Positions 17,503 through 25,782 of a DNA stretch of 33,506 nt are shown here, one piece after another. Both the position numbers and the translations under genes were made by a program. The notes beneath the pieces are model-generated. The model made no database searches and had not been told where the DNA came from. It worked only from the letters and a program-made list of their open reading frames with translations. Origin of the DNA: an uncultured Thermoprotei archaeon (GTDB taxonomy: Archaea; Thermoproteota; Thermoprotei; Thermofilales; B15-G2); NCBI GenBank assembly GCA_965367815.1, contig CBDUKN010000025.1, forward strand, positions 1 to 33,506, read 5' to 3'. The number at the start of each line of letters is the position of its first letter. Position 1 is the stretch's first letter.

Positions 17503-18525
17503 TCACCCGGTAAACCCAGACATAAATTCTTCTACATAATCACATTTAACTGATGTTACAAAAACAGATACTCTCACGTCAACGATATCCCACGTGGGCC
17601 TTAGTCCCATGAATACTGTAGGTATAGCATATCTCTCAGAGAACTGTCTAGTAGTGTTTCTTATTTGAGTCATGTCCAGCAATGTTTCTCTGCCCTCAAA
17701 CATGAGTATTGCTCCTCGAGCTCCCTCGAGCCTAGACCTAGCGTAGTCGTCGGAGAGAGCTCTTATGTAGGCATCGTATATTCTGGGTCCGTCACCTACT
17801 CCGACGAAGCAGAATCCTGAGTTCTGCATTAATCTCTGTACATTAGAGAAGTCTACGTTGATTACTCCTGGGCCTATCATGGGTGATTGCATTCTTACTA
17901 GCGCCTCTACTATTCTGGCAATTCTCTTGTCCATTTCTTTGAATGCATAAGCCATGCTTACTCCCCTCAGTCTTTCTGCTAGTACGTCGTTTGCGTTAAC
18001 TATTATTGCATCTGAAACATCCATGAGTTCTCTGAGACCTATTTGAGCATTTCTTATTCTTTCTTCACCTTCTTCTTTAAAGGGTAGAGTTACTACAGCT
18101 ATTCTCAGAGCATTAGGTCTTCTTGTTCTGAGCTCTCTGAAAAGTACTGGTAGACCTCCTGTTCCTGTTCCTCCGCCTAAGCCTGCTATACCTATGACTA
18201 CATCGACGTTTTCGTCAATAGCTCCTATTGCTTCTTCAATACTCTCTTCCATTGCTTGTGCTCCTAACTCAGGTACACCTCTAGCTCCTCTGGCTTCAGC
18301 CGAAAGTCCTCCTAGAAGAACTCTTACATCACATCTTGTTCTACGCAGAACAGCAGAGTCTGTGTTCATGGCTATTAGCTTAGCGGGCAGACGGAGCCTA
18401 GATAGATTGTTGATAGCGTTGTTTCCGCAGCCTCCTACACCAACAATATTTATTTTAACGGCTGCTTCGCGCTCTTTTTGGGCCAAATACCTTAACTGCT
18501 CACGTAACCTAACCCTATATGACAT
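17503..18525 (-). CDS. ftsZ: FtsZ/tubulin-family GTPase paralog 2 (subgroup B)
   Basis: VGVGGCGNNA, NTD, GLGGGTGTG, PFKEEG..R, T7 NVDFSN. Confidence 0.92.
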   Translation of the reverse strand: MSYRVRLREQLRYLAQKEREAAVKINIVGVGGCGNNAINNLSRLRLPAKLIAMNTDSAVLRRTRCDVRVLLGGLSAEARGARGVPELGAQAMEESIEEAIGAIDENVDVVIGIAGLGGGTGTGGLPVLFRELRTRRPNALRIAVVTLPFKEEGEERIRNAQIGLRELMDVSDAIIVNANDVLAERLRGVSMAYAFKEMDKRIARIVEALVRMQSPMIGPGVINVDFSNVQRLMQNSGFCFVGVGDGPRIYDAYIRALSDDYARSRLEGARGAILMFEGRETLLDMTQIRNTTRQFSERYAIPTVFMGLRPTWDIVDVRVSVFVTSVKCDYVEEFMSGFTG

Positions 18526-18531
18526 AACCTA

Positions 18532-19521
18532 TCACCCTACAGCTTCACTAACACCCACAATATCCGAAATTATTCTAGATCTAACACCACTCGCAATAAT
18601 CATCACATGGCTTTCTCTGAGCTTGGGGTTTACTTTTAAACCCCATATTACTCTCTCAACACCGTATTTGTCGCTGACTATTCTAGGAGCTTCAGCTGCC
18701 TGCCTTAAACTAACTCCGGGAGGAGCGCTCACGTAGACTAAAGCTCCTTTTGCTGAGCTTAATTCTGCATCAAGGAGCTTTGACTCAATAGCTTTTTCGA
18801 CGGCCTTTCTTATGGACCTGTGGCGTCCGTGTCCCACAAAGCTTACTCCAGCTCTTCTAAGTAGTGTAACTAAGTCAGCAAAATCTACTCTAAGCTGCGC
18901 TCCTTTAGGCTGAAGCATGTCTACTATGCTTTCAATAGTATTTGCGAGAATAGCGTCCATCATTCTAAAGCTTTCCTGGAGAGGCAGTGTGCCATAGCGC
19001 TCAAGTAGAATGTCGTTTAGGTTCACTATAACAAAGTCTGCTACATCAAGAGTGTCCCTCAAGCCCATTTGCGTATTCTTGAGCCTCTCTATGCCCTCGT
19101 ATCTAAAGGGTATTGATACTACAGCACCCATTAGTAAGTCAGGATACTCGTCTCTCAGTTGAGCCAAGATATAAGGTGTGGCTCCGGAGCCTGTTCCTCC
19201 TCCGAAACCACATGTAATCATCAGAAAATCAGGCTTTCCTATCGCTTCAAGCACTTTGTCGATGTCTTCTTCAGCAGCCTTTCTTCCCTTAGATATATCG
19301 CCGCCTGTTCCTCTTCCTCTAGTAGTATTTTCCCCAATTTGAATTAATTGGTGAGCCTTAGTTACATTGAGAGAATTTACATCAGTGTTTACAGCGATTA
19401 GCTTTGCTTCAACATTTCTCTCGAATAGATTCGTTATAGTGTTGCAGCCACAATCGCCAACACCTACTACAACAATCTTGGTCACTACTTCTTCTAAGTC
19501 ACTACGTATAGGTCTCATCAT
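18532..19521 (-). CDS. ftsZ: FtsZ/tubulin-family GTPase paralog 1 (subgroup A)
   Basis: VVGVGDCGCN, NTD, TRGRGTGG, GFGGGTGSG, PFRYEG..R, T7 RVDFAD. Confidence 0.93.
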   Translation of the reverse strand: MMRPIRSDLEEVVTKIVVVGVGDCGCNTITNLFERNVEAKLIAVNTDVNSLNVTKAHQLIQIGENTTRGRGTGGDISKGRKAAEEDIDKVLEAIGKPDFLMITCGFGGGTGSGATPYILAQLRDEYPDLLMGAVVSIPFRYEGIERLKNTQMGLRDTLDVADFVIVNLNDILLERYGTLPLQESFRMMDAILANTIESIVDMLQPKGAQLRVDFADLVTLLRRAGVSFVGHGRHRSIRKAVEKAIESKLLDAELSSAKGALVYVSAPPGVSLRQAAEAPRIVSDKYGVERVIWGLKVNPKLRESHVMIIASGVRSRIISDIVGVSEAVG

Positions 19522-19549
19522 ATATACTCGCTATTTATTCACGCGTAAA

Positions 19550-19565
19550 TTATATATAGGTTTCG
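19550..19565 (-). promoter_or_regulatory. BRE/TATA promoter of the multi-FtsZ operon
   Basis: CGAAACC-TATATATAA about 29-37 nt upstream of the first ATG. Confidence 0.55.
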
Positions 19566-19756
19566 CTAAAGGTTCGATTGCTAAAATAAAGTCTTTAGGC
19601 TTTTAAAACACTAATTAATGTAAATTTCTTTTATACATTATATTAAGTAAGCAGTATTTTCAGCATTTCCATAAAACCTAATTACTCTGAGCTTAAATAC
19701 TCTATCGTTAAGTTTATAACTGCATTTCAGAGGAAAGAATCTTACATTACCCGAAA

Positions 19757-21139
19757 TTACTCATACACATGTACTCTGATAAGATCTGTTGCTCCCTCTC
19801 TCATGCCTCCTGTTGAAACAATGATATCTCCGTAAGAAAGCTCTCCCTCATTTTTCAGTATTTCGGTGAGTTCTCTAAGAGAACTGCTTATGTCGCTTGT
19901 AGATGAAAGGTAAGGAGTAACTCCCCATAGGAGCTTGAGCTTTCTCATAACTTTAATATCGTTTGTAATGGCGTAGACAGGTGCTCTAGGTCTAAATCTA
20001 CTTATTCTTCTTGCTGTATTACCTTTCTTAGTGTACAATAGTATTTTAGCGTTTAGCGAATCTGCCAAGAGGACTACTCCTTTAGCAAATTTCGTGTAAA
20101 TGTCTTCTCTTATGGACTCTTCTCCTCTAATATTCGGCAGAACTTTCTCGGCTTCGCTAATTATTCGCTTTAGCCACTTAACAGCTTCTACTGGGTACTT
20201 TCCTATAGCTGTTTCACCAGCTAGTAGCAATGCATCTACTCCTTGCTGTACTGCTACCATAATGTCTACTACTTCTGAGCGAGTGGGGTAAGGCGAATTT
20301 ATCATAGATTCAAGTAGCTGAGTAGCAACTATAACAGGCTTGCTTTTCATTCTAGCTTTTCTCACTAAGTATTCCTGTAATCTGGGTATTTCCTCTAAGC
20401 TAAAGTACATTCCTAAGTCTCCTCTGGCTACTAGTATGGCGTCGGCTTCGTCTAGTATCTGGTCTATGTTTTCGATAGCTTTTCTGGTTTCGATTTTAGC
20501 TATTACTCCTATGTGTTCTCCTCCCTTGTCGTGAAGAATATCTTTGAGAGTCTTTACATCGTCTTTATTTCTAACAAACGATAATGCGAGAAAATCTACT
20601 TTATTTATGCTGAACTCTATGTCTTTTAAGTCTTTATCGGTTATAACTAGTAGCGGCAGTTCTTTGTATGGAAGAATAAGTGTTCTGCGTGGTTTAACTA
20701 CAGCATCGTTTAAGGCCATGCATTTAATAAAGTCGTTTTCGATTTTAGTTACTCTAAGTCTAAGAGCACCTGCTCCTATTACCACTAAGTCTTCTTCATC
20801 TATTATTGAGTAGACTTTGGTATTAGGTATAGGAATGGTTTTGGGTTCGCTAGTTTCACTAGAACACACTATTTTTATTTCCTCTCCTTTCTTAACTGAA
20901 AAAGTCTTATGGCTTCCTGTCCTAATAGTAGGTCCCTGTAAATCTCCTATAATCGGCAGTACTATGCCATAGGATTCTTCGACACTTTTAATAAGCTTAA
21001 TTAAGTTTTCTCTTTCCTCGCCTACTGCGTGAGCATAATTTATACGAACTAAATCTACGCCTTCTCTTATCATGCGAAGCAGTACTTTTTCTGAAGCAGA
21101 AGCAGGGCCTATGGAAGCTATTATTTTAGTTTTAGGCAT
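19757..21139 (-). CDS. pyk: Pyruvate kinase
   Basis: TKIIASIGPAS, DLQGP, IAKIE, VARGDLG, ATQLLESM, PTRSEVVD. Confidence 0.97.
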   Translation of the reverse strand: MPKTKIIASIGPASASEKVLLRMIREGVDLVRINYAHAVGEERENLIKLIKSVEESYGIVLPIIGDLQGPTIRTGSHKTFSVKKGEEIKIVCSSETSEPKTIPIPNTKVYSIIDEEDLVVIGAGALRLRVTKIENDFIKCMALNDAVVKPRRTLILPYKELPLLVITDKDLKDIEFSINKVDFLALSFVRNKDDVKTLKDILHDKGGEHIGVIAKIETRKAIENIDQILDEADAILVARGDLGMYFSLEEIPRLQEYLVRKARMKSKPVIVATQLLESMINSPYPTRSEVVDIMVAVQQGVDALLLAGETAIGKYPVEAVKWLKRIISEAEKVLPNIRGEESIREDIYTKFAKGVVLLADSLNAKILLYTKKGNTARRISRFRPRAPVYAITNDIKVMRKLKLLWGVTPYLSSTSDISSSLRELTEILKNEGELSYGDIIVSTGGMREGATDLIRVHVYE

Positions 21140-21316
21140 AAGAAAAATTCGCGGCCAGCTATATATTTCAAGCTTTTATCTCAATAAATATTCAAGATAA
21201 GTAATTACTTGCCAAGAATGCTTAGCCATGAACTTGAAAAAATCTTTAAACATAGTGCAGCTAATATAAGAGAAAAATAAATATCTTATTTATAATTAGG
21301 GTAAATATGGGAAGTA

Positions 21317-21405
21317 AATAAATTCTATCGAAACATCTTTATCCATATTTATATCCCTCTAAACTATTTAGATAAGATGTTTCAATAAAGTTTATTAACT
21401 TTATT
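21317..21405. repeat. Imperfect ~26-bp inverted repeat plus an overlapping 9-bp palindrome in a divergent promoter region
   Basis: aataaattctatcgaaacatctttatc (21317-43) vs reverse complement of 21371-96 aataaactttattgaaacatcttatc; aataaagtt-tatt-aactttatt at 21384-405. Confidence 0.7.
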
Positions 21406-21422
21406 TGCAAATAAGAACGGTC

Positions 21423-21690
21423 GTGGGCGAAATTCTCAGCGAAATTAAGCAAGTAGCTATAAACGCGAAGAAAATCCTCGGCCTAAGTGAAGAAGAACAA
21501 TAACTGCTTAGAGAAAACAAAGACTCATATTGGCTTTAATGAAAATGTTCATGTGCAACTTCTACATTATTACGAGTAGCTATCTCATAGCTAGACGCAG
21601 AGCTTTTCAAGATATCATTGAAATGCCCCCCGAGCTCTACGAAAGACTTCTATTAAATAAAATAGAAAAGATTTATCCGAGTTATTAAAA
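21423..21690 (+). pseudogene. Degraded ORF, N-terminus weakly resembling protoglobin
   Basis: VGEILSEIKQVAINAKKILGLSEEEQ*LLRENKD; then multiple stops. Confidence 0.3.
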
Positions 21691-21712
21691 ATTATATCAT
21701 AGGGTGATATAC

Positions 21713-22105
21713 ATGAGAAGTATATTTAGATTTAGAGAAATAGAAAGCACTTCAGTTAAAGAAAATCCAACTAAATTAATTGAAAATCTTCTTAAAAAGA
21801 TTGACGGGAAAGTAGCTGTCCTCTTTACTAAGGACGGTCTCCCAGTACTAGTGTATCCAGAGAACATAGTTGCCTCTTGATGCCTCTGCACAAGCATCAA
21901 CTATCATTGGAGTTGTATCAAAACTGGCAGAAGAAATTAGTTAAGTGAAGTCGACTATTTAGTTCTTAGCGGAAAAGAACAAAACATAGTTTTAGTATCA
22001 GGTAAAGAATACGGTCTCCTAGTATCATTCTCGGGCTCAAGTATTGGATTAGCACTGACTTTGACTAAAAAGACTTTGAATAAGTGTATAGAAATACTGT
22101 CTTAG
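21713..22105 (+). pseudogene. Roadblock/LC7 (MglB-like) domain pseudogene
   Basis: GGTGA SD; AVLFTKDGLPV / ASTIIGVVSKLAEE / LSEVDYLVLSG...SIGLALTL in three segments (two frameshifts). Confidence 0.7.
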
Positions 22106-22113
22106 AGGTAAGT

Positions 22114-22433
22114 ATGAAAAAGGATGATAATTTAATTCGAATACTTACAAAAGTTATAGATAGTGTCGGAGAAGAAAGCATACTTTACTATACTGGAAAA
22201 AAGACAAACCTGTATTCTGGTATGGTCATATTGATGGCAATGAAATAGTTTCAGATATACTATCGATGCTTAACAAGCGTTCAGTTAATAGAGTAATAAT
22301 TGAAGAAGATGATATAGCTACTATAGGATTTGAAGACTCGGACAATAAAAAGCTAATACTTGTGGCCAAAAAGGATAGTATTTTTCTACTCTTCCAGCTA
22401 CTGGAAAAGACTATAGAAAATAGCCACCATTAA
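22114..22433 (+). pseudogene. Frameshifted small protein, possibly roadblock/longin-like
   Basis: GAGGTA SD; MKKDDNLIRIL..., frameshift near 22200, then KPVFWYG...RVIIEEDD...LILVAKKDSIFLLFQLLEK*. Confidence 0.45.
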
Positions 22434-22870
22434 CTTAATTTAATTTTCTTAACTACTTTTATGTACTCTATTTTGGTTTCGGGATATTGACCGGTTTCAT
22501 CTTTCTCATATTCTTTAACCATATCCCATATACAGAGCAGGGCTGTTGAAACGGCTACTAGAGCCTCCATTTCAACTCCTGTTTTAGCATATGCTTTAAC
22601 AGTAGCTCTAGCAATAACGCTGTCTTTTTCCAGAGTAAAGTCTACTTCTATATGGGTTAAAGGCAGTTGGTGGCATAGCGGGAGTATTTCAGGAGTCTTT
22701 TTACATGCTTGAATTGCAGCTATTTTAGATACTGTAAAAACATCTCCTTTACGCACACTGCTACTCTTAATTCTCTCTATAGTGCTTTCTTTTAGTTTTA
22801 TTTTGCCTTCAGCTACAGCTATTCTAAGAACATCCTTTTTAGCCGAAATATCTACCATTGATGCAGACAT
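22430..22870 (-). CDS. moaC: Cyclic pyranopterin monophosphate synthase MoaC
   Basis: MVDISAK, KGDVF, LPLCHQ, KTGVEMEAL, IWDMVK. Confidence 0.97.
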   Translation of the reverse strand: MSASMVDISAKKDVLRIAVAEGKIKLKESTIERIKSSSVRKGDVFTVSKIAAIQACKKTPEILPLCHQLPLTHIEVDFTLEKDSVIARATVKAYAKTGVEMEALVAVSTALLCIWDMVKEYEKDETGQYPETKIEYIKVVKKIKLS

Positions 22871-22897
22871 TTTATCACTTACAGTAGAGAATTAGAG

Positions 22898-23818
22898 TTA
22901 CTTAAAGAATGGCTCTCTCAGAGAATTTGCTTTAATGAAAAGTCTTTCTAGAGCTTTTTCTTTTTCACGTAAAGTCATATCGGATTTAATAACATGAATT
23001 AAAGACACTGTATTATCATTTCTCATTAAACAGGGCTTAAGCTTACCGTCATGAGTTAACCTAATTTTTCTACACTTCAAGCAGAAATTCGGGTTCCCAT
23101 AGGACTCTACAAGCTCTACTTTAATTCCTGTAGGAAATACGTATACAGGTCTATTTTGAAGCTCTCTTGTATATTCTTTAACGCAATGTTTTCTTAGGTA
23201 ATTTTTAATGTATTTTAGTGATACATGGTATTTACGATACTCTCTCGGATCTATTCCTAGTGGAATTAATTCGATAAAACACACGTCAGCTCCTATATTT
23301 GATGCAAAATCAATAATCTTAACGTATTCTTCGTGATTTAATTCATTTAATATAACTGTGTTTAATTTTATTCTAAGACCGTAGTCGACCGCGTTTTTTA
23401 TTCCTTCGATAACTTTTTTTAGCCCATTTACTTTAGTTATAGCTTTATAGACTTCTTCGTTTAACGAATGTAAACTAATATTTGCTCTACTGAGTCCTGC
23501 TTCTATAAGACTCTTTACTTTCTCTTTTAAGAAATAGCCGTTTGTTACTAAGGAGACTTCAGCTCCCTCTAGCTGACTTATGTTCCTCACAATATGTTCT
23601 ATGTCTTTCCTTAGCAGTGGCTCTCCTCCTGTTATTTTGAAAAACCTTATTCCTAGCTTGCGTGCTACTCTGCATACTAAAGCTATTTCTCCTACAGAGA
23701 GTTCTGTACTAGACCTACCTTCACCTTCTCTATGACAGAAAAAGCACATATAGTTGCATCTGCTTGTAACAGAGATTCTCAAGTGAGTTAAAGGTCTATT
23801 ATACTTGTCTACTAGCAT
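22898..23818 (-). CDS. moaA: GTP 3',8-cyclase MoaA
   Basis: LRISVTSRCNYMCFFCHREG, TGGEPLLR, FCLKCRKIRLTHDGKLKPCL. Confidence 0.96.
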   Translation of the reverse strand: MLVDKYNRPLTHLRISVTSRCNYMCFFCHREGEGRSSTELSVGEIALVCRVARKLGIRFFKITGGEPLLRKDIEHIVRNISQLEGAEVSLVTNGYFLKEKVKSLIEAGLSRANISLHSLNEEVYKAITKVNGLKKVIEGIKNAVDYGLRIKLNTVILNELNHEEYVKIIDFASNIGADVCFIELIPLGIDPREYRKYHVSLKYIKNYLRKHCVKEYTRELQNRPVYVFPTGIKVELVESYGNPNFCLKCRKIRLTHDGKLKPCLMRNDNTVSLIHVIKSDMTLREKEKALERLFIKANSLREPFFK

Positions 23819-25782
23819 TCATAGATCACCTTACCTGAGTCTTCGTGAACAGAGTATCCTGGAAAGTGAACAATTATTTTGTTTAAGTTACTTGGGTCGA
23901 GCATTTGCACAAGTTCACTACCTATCTTTTTATTCAATATATCTTTACTTAATATGAAATCATATATTTCTGTTGAAATTTTTGTGAAGCCTAGATTATA
24001 TTTTTCTGCAATATACCGTATTGCTACTCCTACGTCAGCTACTCCTCGAGAAATGAGGTATCCTACGGCTTCATGTGTTTTCACCTCATATTCAAATCCT
24101 CTTATCTTATTTTTAAACTCCTGCACTTTTACATCGTGTTTTTCAGCTTCCTTTTTTACGAGCTCCTCTATTAAAGCTCTTGTACCGGATCCCCTATTTC
24201 TATTTATGAATCTCAAGTTTTTCTCAATGATATCTGTGAAAGATTCTACTTTCAAGTTCTTGCAGTACACGAAGCCTTGTTCTCTTAAATACCCTCTTAC
24301 TACAACGAGATTACTGTACCCGTATTTCTCTACATAAGGAATATTGTATTCTCCCGAAGCCGGGTCATAGAGATGAGCTCCTGCTATATCAGCTATTCTT
24401 TTGCCCACTAAATTTAAGCCTGCAAGACTACCTGCGATGAGTACTTTTACAGGATATTTTTCTTTGAGTTTTTCGAGAAGATGTATTGCTAAGGGACAGT
24501 GACTTCCCGCGAAGAGCACACGTTGCTTAAATCTTTCTGAAAATAGTTTAACAGAGACTTTTGCTCCTTCAGCTAAGTACTCTGCGTTCTCGGGTACTAC
24601 TATGAAGCCATCACTGGCGTAAAGTGTATAGAGAGCGCCGCTGTGTGTGCTAAGTGGGTAGGCGTATATTCTGCCTTCTTTTTCGGCGATTACTGCTGGT
24701 ACTAGCTTAATTAAGCCTACTACTCCTCTTATAGGGGAAAGTAGCTCGGCTTCTACTTCCTTCTCAATAGTAATGGGTGATGCTCCTTGAAGTATTCTTA
24801 TCAATGGAATCAACAGTAGTTTAGCTATATTGAGGCAGGATACAGGGAATCCAGGTAGCCCGAAAAGTATTTTGTCTCCTGCTAGTGCTATAACAGTAGG
24901 CCTTCCTGGAGAAACTTTCAATCCATGAACTATTATTCCAGGCTTATATTCTGAGAAAACTCTGTATGTTAGGTCTCCGAGGCCTGCTGAAGTACCTCCT
25001 ATTGTTACTACAATGTCGCTGTCTTTAAGAGCAGAGTTTACAGCGCTCTTTATTTCACTATAGCTGTCTTTAACTATTTTAAATCGCTTTACTTCTGCTC
25101 CAGCTTCCTTTAGTGCAGCTGCTATCATAAATGAATTTGAGTCATATATTTTCCCGTATTCGAGCTCTATTCCAGGCTCTGCTAATTCGTTTCCTATAGG
25201 TATTACTGTTACACGGGGCCTAGAGTATACTTTGACTTTTGTTACTCCTGCCGAAATTAGTACTCCTATGAGCTGGGGGGTTACTACTTCGCCTTTCCAA
25301 GCAACTACTTCTCCTTCAGCGACGTCTGACCCAACTAAATCTATATTCTCTCCTTTGGCTACTCTTCGATAAATTTCTACTTCTGTATGAGAAGTTTTTC
25401 GAGTATATTCTACTGGAATTACAGCGTCTGCGGGGTAGGGTACAGGAGCCCCTGTATCTATTTCAGCGCACTCTCCCTTCTTGAGTTCGAAAGGAGGCGC
25501 CTCACCTACTTTAACTGCGTTTACAAGCTTTAGTTTTACAGGCCTATCCTCGTAGGCAAGCGAAGTGTCTGAGGAAAAAACAGCGTAGCCGTCCATTAGT
25601 GCTCTGCTAAAGGGCGGAACAGGGCTTACTGCTCTAATATTTTCTGCAAGTACTCTCCCTAGTGCTTTTTCCACAAGAACTTCTTCTACACGAGGCTTTC
25701 TTGTCTCAGCAATTTTATAAAGTATTTTAAAAACTTCTTCTAAACTAGCTAGCTTTCTATAAACTTTCCTATATTCTCCCAT
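23812..25782 (-). CDS. moeA: Molybdopterin biosynthesis MoeA fused to a C-terminal PBP/LysR-substrate-binding domain
   Basis: PPFSRALMDGYAV, GGTSAG, GLPGFPVS; C-terminal GSHC, FINRNRGSGTR, THEAVG. Confidence 0.95.
   Translation of the reverse strand: MGEYRKVYRKLASLEEVFKILYKIAETRKPRVEEVLVEKALGRVLAENIRAVSPVPPFSRALMDGYAVFSSDTSLAYEDRPVKLKLVNAVKVGEAPPFELKKGECAEIDTGAPVPYPADAVIPVEYTRKTSHTEVEIYRRVAKGENIDLVGSDVAEGEVVAWKGEVVTPQLIGVLISAGVTKVKVYSRPRVTVIPIGNELAEPGIELEYGKIYDSNSFMIAAALKEAGAEVKRFKIVKDSYSEIKSAVNSALKDSDIVVTIGGTSAGLGDLTYRVFSEYKPGIIVHGLKVSPGRPTVIALAGDKILFGLPGFPVSCLNIAKLLLIPLIRILQGASPITIEKEVEAELLSPIRGVVGLIKLVPAVIAEKEGRIYAYPLSTHSGALYTLYASDGFIVVPENAEYLAEGAKVSVKLFSERFKQRVLFAGSHCPLAIHLLEKLKEKYPVKVLIAGSLAGLNLVGKRIADIAGAHLYDPASGEYNIPYVEKYGYSNLVVVRGYLREQGFVYCKNLKVESFTDIIEKNLRFINRNRGSGTRALIEELVKKEAEKHDVKVQEFKNKIRGFEYEVKTHEAVGYLISRGVADVGVAIRYIAEKYNLGFTKISTEIYDFILSKDILNKKIGSELVQMLDPSNLNKIIVHFPGYSVHEDSGKVIYEC

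Noticed and set aside
14012-19521. Five FtsZ copies as an assembly duplication or pseudogene array
   Set aside because: The copies are highly divergent, full length, and each has translation or transcription signals.
14550-19606. + strand ORFs over the FtsZ genes (e.g. 16536-17024, 18194-18736)
   Set aside because: Antisense shadows with Ser/Pro/Thr-rich composition and no motifs.
21180-21420. Replication origin in the AT-rich inverted-repeat region
   Set aside because: Only a GAAAC core; no full ORB with G-string and no cdc6/orc1 nearby.
21697-21900. 67-aa minus-strand ORF
   Set aside because: Antisense to the roadblock pseudogene.
22898-22930. MoaA lacks the C-terminal GG motif
   Set aside because: Normal for archaeal MoaA.
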